Assembly: GCA_051439605.1 (NCBI GenBank)
Contig: JBFRWN010000139.1
Coordinates: 1-26,334 of the forward strand
DNA length: 26,334 nt
Direction: 5' to 3'
From: Synechococcus sp.
GTDB lineage: Bacteria > Cyanobacteriota > Cyanobacteriia > Thermostichales > PCC-7336
Shown: piece after piece, positions 1 to 8,997 of the stretch
Numbering within the stretch: position 1 is the first letter of the stretch
Layout: the number at the start of each line of letters is the position of its first letter
The notes under the pieces: generated by a model
The model's input: only the letters and a program-made list of their open reading frames with translations
Database searches by the model: none
What the model was told of the DNA's origin: nothing
Position numbers and translations under genes: made by a program

Positions 1-2
1 TT

Positions 3-686
3 GATGGGACCGAGATCGATCGCTGGAATGCCAATAGCACCAACGGCAACAATAATGTTGCGAGTAATGCAAGCTTTAGAACGCGGACGATTGCCAGTCA
101 GCAGTTGGCAGCAGGTGACGTCATCACGGTTACTGGCACCACAAATGCAGGGGAGTTTGCCCGCTTCGACTACATCGAATTCATTCCTCGCTCAACCACA
201 CCCAGCAGCTCTGGAACCGGCGAAGGAGTGATTACAACGACTGAGGTAGCACCCAGCGCCACCACTCAGGCTGCAATTAATTTTGAACAAACCTACCAGG
301 CTGAGGACGCCACGCTAGATAGAGCATCTATCAAATCCGGAATCGCAAATGCTGACGGTGAGTACGCACATTTGTGGAAAACAACAGCAAGTTCCGCGAG
401 CGATGGCATCGAGTGGACCATCGACGTTCCAGTTGCTGGCTTCTATCAGCTTGATTGGAAATATGGACTGTCGGAGAAATATGCAGCCAATGCTCCCCTA
501 GATCTAATCGTCAACGGAGACCGCTCTGAGACTCTAGAATTCTCTAATACTGGGCGTTGGCTCAATTGGGAAACAACTAGCAGAACGGTTTACCTAGAGG
601 CTGGCGCAAACACCATCAGACTTGAAGGCACTGGTTTCGGTTCAGCCAATATCGATTGGATGAAAGTGACAGGAGTCAGTGATTAA
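3..686 (+). CDS. 3' part of a probably secreted protein with carbohydrate-binding (CBM6/CBM35-like) beta-sandwich domains; 5'-truncated by the window edge
   Basis: The frame of track ORF 105..686 stays open back to position 3 (DGTEIDRWNANSTNG...), so the start lies outside the window. The C-terminal domain has YQAEDA, IEWTIDVPVAGFYQLDWKY, LEAGANTIRL and NIDWMKV, typical of CBM6/35. An S/T-rich linker separates it from a preceding similar domain ending ARFDYIEF. Confidence 0.75.
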   Translation, partial: DGTEIDRWNANSTNGNNNVASNASFRTRTIASQQLAAGDVITVTGTTNAGEFARFDYIEFIPRSTTPSSSGTGEGVITTTEVAPSATTQAAINFEQTYQAEDATLDRASIKSGIANADGEYAHLWKTTASSASDGIEWTIDVPVAGFYQLDWKYGLSEKYAANAPLDLIVNGDRSETLEFSNTGRWLNWETTSRTVYLEAGANTIRLEGTGFGSANIDWMKVTGVSD

Positions 687-773
687 GGCCCCACAGTCTA
701 AAGGCGATGGGATTGACTCTAGGACTCAAGAGTCGGTCCATCAAAGACCGCAGTCGGCGATCGCCTCTCATGG

Positions 774-807
774 TTGGCAAGAACGATGAATTGGCAAGAA
801 CGATGAA
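774..807. repeat. Perfect 17-bp tandem duplication TTGGCAAGAACGATGAA x2
   Basis: Identical copies at 774-790 and 791-807. Confidence 0.9.
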
Positions 808-863
808 TTTGTGCATGTTCGGCTGAATGACTTCTTGTTAACCCCCATTCCCTAGAGAGAAAC

Positions 864-891
864 GCGCCTGGTGTCATCTGACACCAGGCGC
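864..891. repeat. Perfect 13-bp inverted repeat GCGCCTGGTGTCA-tc-TGACACCAGGCGC (hairpin or operator)
   Basis: 864-876 is the exact reverse complement of 879-891. Confidence 0.85.
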
Positions 892-1170
892 AGCTCGTGA
901 TGCGGGGACCGTCAGGTCGCTCAGAACATTTCAGTTATCCAGAACTCTGACTGGCCATAGAGTTTTCTGTCCTCACCACGATCGAAACATCTCTATATCG
1001 TGCCAATTCTCAGTGGAGCAACCGTACCGCATCGATTGCTATAGACTCATATCGGGTTTAGCTCCAAAGTAGCGTATAAATGGGGAGGGTAGACGGATCT
1101 GAGAGCATGATTTCTCTGCTGCGAACGTAAATACGCTGTAACATCATTAACTAGTTCATAAGCTTTGGTC

Positions 1171-2292
1171 ATGGCTACTCAAATTAAGTTCCCCAATCTA
1201 TTGAGTTCGGCAACAGCCCTGGCCTGCCTTGCAACGGCAGCCGCGATTGGTTACTGTCCCTCTCTGAGAGCTCAAGAATCTCTGCCCCCTGTCCCAACAA
1301 CGCCTTCGGACGCCCCCACCCCCTCGCAGACCATTCCCCGTTTAGATATAGAAACGAAAGCCCGCGAGGGGCTTTACCGCCTGGGGCCTGGGGACATCAT
1401 TGTTGTCGATATTTTTAATGTGCCCGACTTTAGTGGCGAGCAGCAGATCCTAACAGACGGAACGGTAACCCTCTCGCTGTTGGGAAGCGTTTCCTTACAG
1501 GGGCTCACGTTGCGCGAGGCCTCTGATTTGCTGACTGCAGAATATTCCGAGTTTTTGAACAGCCCGGTGGTCAATGTCAGCCTGACTGCAGCTAGACCAG
1601 TACGGGTTGCTGTTACCGGTCAAGTGGTTTCCCCCGGCCCCTACATTGTTGAACCTCAGCCTAGTGCCCCGACAGTGGTGAGCCTGATTCAAAGTGCGGG
1701 GGGCATCACCACCCAGGCGGACGTACAAAACGTCCAATTACGTCGCCCCAGCACCGATGGCCCTGCTGAGATTATTGACGTCGACCTGTGGTCGCTGTTG
1801 CAAGGGGATGGTGTTTCTGCCGATCCGATCGTATTTGATGGCGACACCATCTTTATTCCCACAGCGACAGATTTTTCGGGCGACGATGTATACGAGCTGA
1901 GCGCGTCTAACCTATCCCCCGATACCATCAACATTATTGTGACGGGAGAAGTCAACACTCCTGGCCCCGTAGAGGTTCCAGCTAATACGCCACTGAACCA
2001 GGCATTATTCATCGCTGGAGATTTCCAGCGCCCTCGTGCCAACACCAATCAGGTGGGTTTGATTCGCCTCAACCCCAACGGAACTGTCATCAGACAGGAA
2101 ATCCCGATTGATTTGTCCGCCAACGTGAACGACGAGTCTAATCCTACGCTGCAGAACAACGATATTATTTTGATCAGCAAGTCTGGTTTGGCTACCTTAA
2201 CCGATGGCCTCGAAACTGTAGTGTCGCCAGTAGAACCTTTAGTCCCCGTCTTCGGGATTATCAACACTGTCGATCGCGTCTTCTTTGACTAA
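1171..2292 (+). CDS. Polysaccharide biosynthesis/export protein (Wza/KpsD family, Poly_export plus SLBB domains)
   Basis: Signal peptide and Pro-rich linker, then YRLGPGDIIVVDIF...DGTVTLSLLGSVSLQGLTL (Poly_export) and two SLBB repeats (VAVTGQVVSPG, IIVTGEVNTPG). ATG 1171 preferred over TTG 1165. Confidence 0.88.
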   Translation: MATQIKFPNLLSSATALACLATAAAIGYCPSLRAQESLPPVPTTPSDAPTPSQTIPRLDIETKAREGLYRLGPGDIIVVDIFNVPDFSGEQQILTDGTVTLSLLGSVSLQGLTLREASDLLTAEYSEFLNSPVVNVSLTAARPVRVAVTGQVVSPGPYIVEPQPSAPTVVSLIQSAGGITTQADVQNVQLRRPSTDGPAEIIDVDLWSLLQGDGVSADPIVFDGDTIFIPTATDFSGDDVYELSASNLSPDTINIIVTGEVNTPGPVEVPANTPLNQALFIAGDFQRPRANTNQVGLIRLNPNGTVIRQEIPIDLSANVNDESNPTLQNNDIILISKSGLATLTDGLETVVSPVEPLVPVFGIINTVDRVFFD

Positions 2293-2360
2293 GCCCAATT
2301 GCTCTTCGGGGTGTCTCAACACTCCACATAGACACTTTTTGCAAGAATCCGGATATCCAG

Positions 2361-2395
2361 GTCCGCAAGAGAGAGCATCTCTTTGCGGGCTTTTT
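2361..2395 (+). terminator. Probable intrinsic terminator downstream of the wza-like gene
   Basis: Stem GTCCGCAA(G)AGAGA-gca-TCTCTTTGCGGGC followed by TTTTT, lying between convergent genes. Confidence 0.65.
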
Positions 2396-2419
2396 GGTAT
2401 TACTGTCAAATCTATTCTT

Positions 2420-3217
2420 CTACTCTGCCCCCGGAAACTCCTCCTGCAGTTGTGCCAGGGCGGCTTCAAACTCCGATAGCGGTTGAGCTCCCGGTAGAGG
2501 AATGCCATTGAGGGTGAAAAAGGGAGTGCCCCTCAGCCCCAACTCTTCCCCCCACGCCATATCTTTGCGAATCGCTTCATCCGCAGCCGCGCGATCGCGG
2601 TTAAATTTCCGCATATCGAGCATCATTTTTTTCGCCAATTCAACGTAATAGTCCTCTCCCAACCGATCTTGGTTAGCAAACAAAGCATCGTGGTATTCCC
2701 AAAATTTTCCCTGCTGCTGAGCCGCCCAGCTAGCCTGCGCGGCTGGAATCGCCTGGGGATGAATGCGGGGCAAGGGAAGATGTTTGAAGACCAGCGTTAC
2801 ATCAGGATGGTTTTCCAGGAATTCGGCCACCACTGGCTGCGCTCGACCGCAGAAGGGGCATTCGAAGTCAGAGAATTCGTAGAGTACGTATTGCAGGCTG
2901 TCAGATCCCTTAACGGGAGAGTCACCAATTTGGGAAGCAGGATCGGCAGCAAGATCCTGCAGGGCTACCTCCAACTCCTTCAGGCGCTGAGACGCTGCTG
3001 CCACCTGCTGTTCTTGCTGATAGGTTTGCACCGCTTCGAGGACAACATCGGGGTTGGCCCGAATGATATCTAACACTTGCTCTTCAAGCGAAGTGGAGGA
3101 TTGAGGGGCCGAGCAACCTGCCACCCATACCGCGAGAGCAGTACAGAGCAGCAGTACCAACCGACGACGTAGTGCAGCCAAGGGGGGTAAGTTGAGAATC
3201 ATTGAAAAAGAATACAT
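2420..3217 (-). CDS. DsbA-family thiol-disulfide oxidoreductase lipoprotein (ScsC/Com1-like)
   Basis: Lipobox VAGC, ScsC_N-like helix (IIRANPDVVLEA), EFSDFECPFC active site, FKHLPL and a cis-Pro loop RGTP. Exact start uncertain. Confidence 0.9.
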   Translation of the reverse strand: MYSFSMILNLPPLAALRRRLVLLLCTALAVWVAGCSAPQSSTSLEEQVLDIIRANPDVVLEAVQTYQQEQQVAAASQRLKELEVALQDLAADPASQIGDSPVKGSDSLQYVLYEFSDFECPFCGRAQPVVAEFLENHPDVTLVFKHLPLPRIHPQAIPAAQASWAAQQQGKFWEYHDALFANQDRLGEDYYVELAKKMMLDMRKFNRDRAAADEAIRKDMAWGEELGLRGTPFFTLNGIPLPGAQPLSEFEAALAQLQEEFPGAE

Positions 3218-3487
3218 AGCTATAGAGGTTGCTATCTAAGTCAGGACAGCAAGATCGTTTCCCCGCCTGGGTTCAGGATCGCTGAGTGTCCTAAGTCACT
3301 TGACGGTCGCTACATGCGCCCGCTTCATCAATAGTACGGAAGGCCAGACCACAAGTCTTTAGAAAGGTAAATGTGTGCAAGCAGGGAGTGCAGGCAGCTT
3401 GGTCGATGGATAAATGAGCACAGTTTTGCTTGAGAAGCATAAGTGGGAATGCTTGTATAACCCAGTGTTGAAGGCAAGTTCCATTAA

Positions 3488-5773
3488 GTGTCTGCTATGC
3501 AAGATTTGTTACCCAATCTATTGCAGCAGTCAGACGGTGAAGTGAAACACCTGGCTCCCGAAACCAAACGAACGATTACTATCCGTCTCAATAGCAGCTT
3601 GCGGTTCAAAGTGATCTCTCTGGTGGGGCTCGCTTTTGCCGTCATGTTTTTTGGGCAGTTCGCTGTTGCGCGGGTTCTCCTGCTCGGTCGCTATACCCAA
3701 CTGGAAGCCGATCTGGCACGACGAAATGCCGAACGCATGCGCAATGCCCTGAGTACCGAGCTGAATCGGATAAGGCTGTTAAGTAATGATTACTCTGCTT
3801 GGGACGACACCTACGACTTTGTGGAAACTGAAGACCCCGAGTACATCGATTCAAATTTTGTCGATACCACCTTCTCCGACAGTGAATTAAATGCGATCCT
3901 GATTGCCGATAGTACCGGTCAGCTCGTGTTTGAGAAGGGCTTCAACCTAGAAGATGAGGAAGAAACTGCTGTTCCAAGCGAGCTGCTCGCACTGGCATCG
4001 GGAAGCAATGCCTTCTTCAGTCACCCCGATGTCGAGAGCAGCATTGTCGGCATCGTCACTATTTCTGACAGACCGATGTTGGTGGCATCCGAACCAATTG
4101 TGACTAGCAATGATGAAGGGCCAGTGCGGGGTTCGCTAACGATGGGTCGATTCCTCGATGACGCACTCATCGAACAGTTGGGTGAAGTCACTGAATTGCC
4201 TGTGACGATGATTCCCTACGATGGCCAACAAGCTTTGTTGACAGACCAGTCTGTCTGGGGCTCGATGATTGCAAAAGACGAGCCCACAACCTACAAGGTG
4301 CTGGATGAAAATACCATTGCTAGCTATGCCTTGGTCAGAGATCTCCAGAATCAACCATTGTTGATTCTCAGTGCCCGGATGCCCCGCGATATCTATGCCA
4401 GAGGTCGGGAGAGTTTGACCTACTACTTCTGGACGACTCTGGCGATGGGGATAGGATTTTGTTCCCTAACACTTCTGCTGTTGGACAGATTGGTATTGTG
4501 CCGCCTCAGTCGTCTCAGTCGAGATGTAACGAATATCGGCAGCACGGGCAACATAGCGACGCGTCTCGAGCTTCCAGGGCAAGACGAGCTCTCGCATCTA
4601 GCGGAAACGATTAACTGGACGCTGTCTTGTCTGGAAACGGCCCAGCAGGCGCTAATAAAAAGCGAAGAGCGCTACGCACTATCGGTAAAGGGAGCAAATG
4701 ACGGGGTATGGGATTGGAACCTCCAAACTGGTGAGCTGTATCTTTCCCCCCGGTGGAAATCTATTGTGGGATATGCAGATGAGGAACTCGGGAACAATCA
4801 AGCAGAATGGTTCCAGCGAGTACATCCTGACGATCTCGATACGTTGAAGTCCGATATCGATCGCCATCGAGACGGTGAAACCGCTAAATTATCCAACGAC
4901 CACCGCCTCCTACATAAAGATGGCAGTTACCGCTGGGTGATGTGTCGTGGCGTGGCTAGTGGAGAGCGATTCGGTAATGCCTGTCGAATGGCTGGGTCTC
5001 TGACCGACATTACAGAGCGCAAGCTCGCGGCACAGACCTTGGCCAGTCAAGCACAGGAATTAGCTCGCTCCAATCAGGAATTAGAACAGTTTGCCTACGT
5101 CGCCTCCCACGATTTGCAGGAACCACTGCGTAAAATTCAAGCGTTTGGCGATCGCCTCAACAGCAAGTTTGGTAAAGCTTTAGACGAGCGGGGACGAGAT
5201 TATCTAGAGCGCATGCAGGGGGCAGCACAGCGGATGCAAACCCTGATTCAAGACTTGCTGACCTTTTCGCGCGTCACCTCTCAAGCCCAACCGCTTGAGT
5301 CGGTCAACCTGACAGAAATCGTAGAAGGTGTCCTATCCGATCTCGAAATTCGCATTCATCAGACTGAGGCAAAAGTGGAGTTTGGAACTTTACCCGAGCT
5401 GGAAGCGGATCCCTTACAAATGAGGCAACTGTTCCAAAATTTGATTGGCAATGCTCTTAAATTTGCTCGGCCCGGGATCTCTCCGATCGTCACCATCAGA
5501 AGCGAACGGTGCCAGATTCACATCGGTCAAGCAGAAGAGACCTCGGATGTCTATCGGATCTCGATCGCAGACAACGGCATTGGGTTTGATGAAAAGTACG
5601 GCGATCGCATCTTCAAAGTGTTTCAGCGCCTGCACGGACGCAGCGAATACGAAGGCACGGGAATTGGCTTGGCGGTGTGCGAAAAAATCGTCGAGCGTCA
5701 CGGCGGCAACATCGAAGCCCGCAGCCAACCGGGTCAAGGGGCAACGTTCACCATCACTCTTCCCGCTTGCTAG
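3488..5773 (+). CDS. Membrane sensor histidine kinase: CHASE4-HAMP-PAS-HisKA-HATPase
   Basis: Two TM segments around a CHASE4-like domain (DYSAWDDTYDFV), HAMP (GQDELSHLAETIN), PAS (DGVWDWN...RVHPDD), H-box ASHDLQEPLRKI, N-box QNLIGNALKF, DNGIG and GTGIGLA. Start may be ATG 3497. Confidence 0.92.
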   Translation: MSAMQDLLPNLLQQSDGEVKHLAPETKRTITIRLNSSLRFKVISLVGLAFAVMFFGQFAVARVLLLGRYTQLEADLARRNAERMRNALSTELNRIRLLSNDYSAWDDTYDFVETEDPEYIDSNFVDTTFSDSELNAILIADSTGQLVFEKGFNLEDEEETAVPSELLALASGSNAFFSHPDVESSIVGIVTISDRPMLVASEPIVTSNDEGPVRGSLTMGRFLDDALIEQLGEVTELPVTMIPYDGQQALLTDQSVWGSMIAKDEPTTYKVLDENTIASYALVRDLQNQPLLILSARMPRDIYARGRESLTYYFWTTLAMGIGFCSLTLLLLDRLVLCRLSRLSRDVTNIGSTGNIATRLELPGQDELSHLAETINWTLSCLETAQQALIKSEERYALSVKGANDGVWDWNLQTGELYLSPRWKSIVGYADEELGNNQAEWFQRVHPDDLDTLKSDIDRHRDGETAKLSNDHRLLHKDGSYRWVMCRGVASGERFGNACRMAGSLTDITERKLAAQTLASQAQELARSNQELEQFAYVASHDLQEPLRKIQAFGDRLNSKFGKALDERGRDYLERMQGAAQRMQTLIQDLLTFSRVTSQAQPLESVNLTEIVEGVLSDLEIRIHQTEAKVEFGTLPELEADPLQMRQLFQNLIGNALKFARPGISPIVTIRSERCQIHIGQAEETSDVYRISIADNGIGFDEKYGDRIFKVFQRLHGRSEYEGTGIGLAVCEKIVERHGGNIEARSQPGQGATFTITLPAC

Positions 5774-5815
5774 AGTCCGGTTCGCTCAATCAAAATTTTA
5801 TCTTTCGGAGTACTG

Positions 5816-6268
5816 ATGCAATCCACTGCCCCCTATCTCACCATTCTGATGGCCGATGACGATGAAGAGGACTGCATGCTGGCACTCGATGCGTTGGAAG
5901 AAACCTGTTTGGCCAACAGCCTCACTACTGTGAGTGACGGAGAAGAGCTTTTGGACTATCTCAAGCAGCGCGGTCGGTTTTCCAACCCAGCTAGCGCACC
6001 CCGTCCGCAACTGATCTTGCTCGATTTGAACATGCCAAAGAAGGACGGACGCGAGGCATTGCAGGACATCAAAGCCGACCCGAACCTGCGGCAAATCCCG
6101 GTTGTGGTGATGACTACATCTAGCGCGGATGAAGACGTGATACGCAGTTACGACTTAGGGGCAAACTCTTACATAACAAAACCCGTGACATTCGACGGAT
6201 TGGTGGAAGTAATGAAACGGCTGGATGCCTACTGGTCAATCGTGACGTTACCGAGGAAAGTAGCTTGA
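5816..6268 (+). CDS. Single-domain response regulator (Rcp1-like receiver)
   Basis: ILMADDD, LILLDLNMPKKDG (phospho-Asp), MTTS and GANSYITKP. Confidence 0.92.
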   Translation: MQSTAPYLTILMADDDEEDCMLALDALEETCLANSLTTVSDGEELLDYLKQRGRFSNPASAPRPQLILLDLNMPKKDGREALQDIKADPNLRQIPVVVMTTSSADEDVIRSYDLGANSYITKPVTFDGLVEVMKRLDAYWSIVTLPRKVA

Positions 6269-6269
6269 T

Positions 6270-8411
6270 ATGAACGAGGGGAACTGTCTCCAAGTTCTTC
6301 TGGTTGAGGATGATGAAGACGATTATCTGCTCCTGCGCGATTTGCTCGAGGACATCGAAGACACGGACTTCAAGCTCAACTGGGTGAACTGCTCCAAAGC
6401 TGCGCTGGCTGCCTTAAGCGAACGACACTACGACCTATGTTTATTTGATTGCCACATTGGAGCTGATAACGGAATTGACCTATTAAGGACGGTTATTGCT
6501 AACAACTATCAAGTCCCCGTCATTATGCTGACTGGACAGGACGATCGGCAAACGGATGTAGCCGCCATGGAGGCGGGTGCCGCCGATTATTTAATCAAGG
6601 GACAATTTTCCACATCTACGCTGGAGCGATCGATTCGCTATGCCGTCAGACAGGCTAACTTCTCCAGGGACTTGAAAAACAGCGAGGAACGATATGCGCT
6701 GGCCGCAAAGGGTTCCCACGATGGATTGTGGGACTGGGATTTGGCAGCAAATTCCATATATTTTTCCCCCCGTTGGAAATCGATTCTGGGATATGGCGAC
6801 GACGAGATTTCCAACCGACTTGAAGAATGGTTCGATCGCGTGCATCCCGAAGATCGCGAGCGCTTTGATGTCGCCCTATACCAACACCTGCAGGGTAAAA
6901 CCCCCTTGTTTCAGTTGGAATATCGCCTGCTACATCGATCGGGCACCTATTGTTGGTGCTTGAGTAGAGGAGTAGCGGTTAGGCAAGCTGACAAAACCGC
7001 ATACCGGATGGCGGGATCTCTCACCGATCTATCCAGCCATCGCATTCTCTACGACGATCTGACAGGGTTACCTAACCGTCAGTTGTTTTTAGAGCAATTG
7101 GAGCGTGCGCTCTACAGGACTCGGCAGTATCCGGACTACAAAGTGGCCGTGCTGTTTTTGGACTTCGATCGGTTCAAGTCGATTAATGATAGCTTGGGCC
7201 ACCAAATGGGCGATCGGCTACTCATCGCCATTAGCCAGCGTTTACAGTCATTGCTGCGGCCAACCGATGTTCTGGCTCGCCTAGGTGGAGATGAATACGC
7301 AATTCTGGTAGATAATCTCGATAAAACCCCTCTCAACGAAAAGACCCACCACAGTGCACTTGATGCTGCTACGACGGTCGCCAAACGCATCACTGAATCG
7401 CTGCAACAACAGCCGTTTCTTTTGAAAGGCCATTCTATCAATATGACATCCAGCATTGGGATTGCCTGGAGTTCTCCAGACTGTTCCCAAGCAACACATC
7501 TATTAAACGATGCCGATACGGCCATGTATCGAGCGAAGGAACAGGGTAAGGCACGGTTTGCGCTGTTCGATCGGGAGATGCACAACGAGGCCAAAAGACT
7601 GTTACAGCTTGAGGCCGATTTGCAAAGGGCGATTGATCGCAAAGAGTTTTATTTGCTGTATCAACCAATTGTTAACGTCGCCTCGGGAGAAGTCATCAGT
7701 TTTGAGTCTCTGATTCGATGGCAGAACCCAACCAATGGCTCAATTTCACCGATGGAATTTATTCCCCTGGCAGAGGATAACGGACTCATTATTCCGATCG
7801 GGCGTTGGGTGTTACAGGAAGCTTGCCAACAACTGCAAAATTGGCAACAGCAGTTTCCTGCATTTCGGCATTTAGAGATTAATGTCAACCTGTCTCGGAA
7901 ACAGTTTAATCAGCCAGACTTGCCAGATTGGATCGCTCGCGTCCTCCGGCACACAGGATTAGATGCATGCTATTTGAATATAGAGATTACCGAAACGGCT
8001 ATTGCAGAGAATGCAGAGAGGGCAGCAGAACTCCTTAAGCAGTTAAAAGCACTGGGTATCAAAATCCACATTGACGATTTTGGCACCGGCCATTCTTCTC
8101 TCAGCTGCTTGCACACTTTCCCCATCGACACGCTCAAAATTGATCGCTCTTTTATCCATCAAATGAGGGCCCAAGGACAAGAGTGCATTGTTCAAGCAAT
8201 TATTTCACTCGCACGTAACCTCGAAATGGCGACAGTGGCAGAGGGAGTAGAATCTGTGAACGAGCTAGAGCGATTGAAAGTATTAGGCTGCAACTTTGCC
8301 CAAGGATACTGGTTCGAAAGACCGATGGATACCGCAAACGTTCTCAAGCTGCTATCTACGCTTGAAAACCAAACGAGCTTGGACCGTGCCCAAGTGGGAA
8401 TTGCGATCTAG
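6270..8411 (+). CDS. REC-PAS-GGDEF-EAL diguanylate cyclase/phosphodiesterase
   Basis: N-terminal receiver (LLVEDD, LCLFD, DYLIK), PAS, DDLTGLPNR, I-site RPTD, GGDEY, and an EAL domain with FESLIRW, EITET, DDFGTGHSS, KIDRSF, AEGVE and QGY. Starts 1 nt after the upstream stop. Confidence 0.93.
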   Translation: MNEGNCLQVLLVEDDEDDYLLLRDLLEDIEDTDFKLNWVNCSKAALAALSERHYDLCLFDCHIGADNGIDLLRTVIANNYQVPVIMLTGQDDRQTDVAAMEAGAADYLIKGQFSTSTLERSIRYAVRQANFSRDLKNSEERYALAAKGSHDGLWDWDLAANSIYFSPRWKSILGYGDDEISNRLEEWFDRVHPEDRERFDVALYQHLQGKTPLFQLEYRLLHRSGTYCWCLSRGVAVRQADKTAYRMAGSLTDLSSHRILYDDLTGLPNRQLFLEQLERALYRTRQYPDYKVAVLFLDFDRFKSINDSLGHQMGDRLLIAISQRLQSLLRPTDVLARLGGDEYAILVDNLDKTPLNEKTHHSALDAATTVAKRITESLQQQPFLLKGHSINMTSSIGIAWSSPDCSQATHLLNDADTAMYRAKEQGKARFALFDREMHNEAKRLLQLEADLQRAIDRKEFYLLYQPIVNVASGEVISFESLIRWQNPTNGSISPMEFIPLAEDNGLIIPIGRWVLQEACQQLQNWQQQFPAFRHLEINVNLSRKQFNQPDLPDWIARVLRHTGLDACYLNIEITETAIAENAERAAELLKQLKALGIKIHIDDFGTGHSSLSCLHTFPIDTLKIDRSFIHQMRAQGQECIVQAIISLARNLEMATVAEGVESVNELERLKVLGCNFAQGYWFERPMDTANVLKLLSTLENQTSLDRAQVGIAI

Positions 8412-8533
8412 CATCTAATAACTCGTAAGAGGGTCCTATTGTCAAATATTCTATGGGACTTGACGGTTCCTAGACATTCCCAACTGTGACGATCCGTCCA
8501 CCGCAGCGAGACACAAGTTCCGGAACACAATCG

Positions 8534-8593
8534 CCATCTCACGTCCAGGCATCTCACAGACAAGCATCTCGCAGACAGGCATCAAACTGGCAG
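8534..8593. repeat. Four degenerate 15-bp tandem repeats (approximate consensus GCATCTCACAGACAG)
   Basis: CCATCTCACGTCCAG / GCATCTCACAGACAA / GCATCTCGCAGACAG / GCATCAAACTGGCAG. Confidence 0.75.
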
Positions 8594-8630
8594 GCCTCGA
8601 TTTTTCATCCTACTTGGATTCAATCGAGGC

Positions 8631-8997
8631 ATCCTTATTGAGATGTACAGTTTATTCAACCATGCTAGCTTAACAATATATATGTTGTTTAATTCACTAG
8701 AAATAATGTTCTGAAATAGTCATTCTCATTCAATCCACCACAAGATAATAAAGATTTCTGAATGATGTTTGTAGGGATTTAGTTTAAAAAGTATTCTGTA
8801 AGCAAAGAGCTCTCTTTCTACAAGAGCATTATGCTCAAGGCAAACACCTATCTCAATCGTGTGGTTTTCTACTGATTTGAAGTTTGGTCGACGGGATACC
8901 TCGAACGCCACATCAATCAACCTTTAGAGGTGCCTATAACTCTTTACACAAGACCAGCAGTTTTTAGTTAACAAGAAGTCTTTTGGAACGCCAATTG
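8631..8997 (+). promoter_or_regulatory. AT-rich putative hox operon promoter region with a candidate LexA-like box at 8699-8712
   Basis: Non-coding AT-rich stretch directly upstream of hoxE. AGAAATAATGTTCT has one mismatch to AGWAC-N4-GTWCT; there is also a palindrome GAGCAT-t-ATGCTC at 8824-8836. The transcription start cannot be determined. Confidence 0.4.

Noticed and set aside
1..231. 76-aa + strand ORF from the track
   Set aside because: Alternative frame overlapping the CBM-domain gene, with no recognisable motifs.
8534..8593. Possible CRISPR array
   Set aside because: The units are 15 bp, degenerate and have no spacers, and no cas genes are present.
8726..8920. 64-aa minus-strand ORF upstream of hoxE
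   Set aside because: No recognisable motif, and it sits in the AT-rich presumptive promoter.
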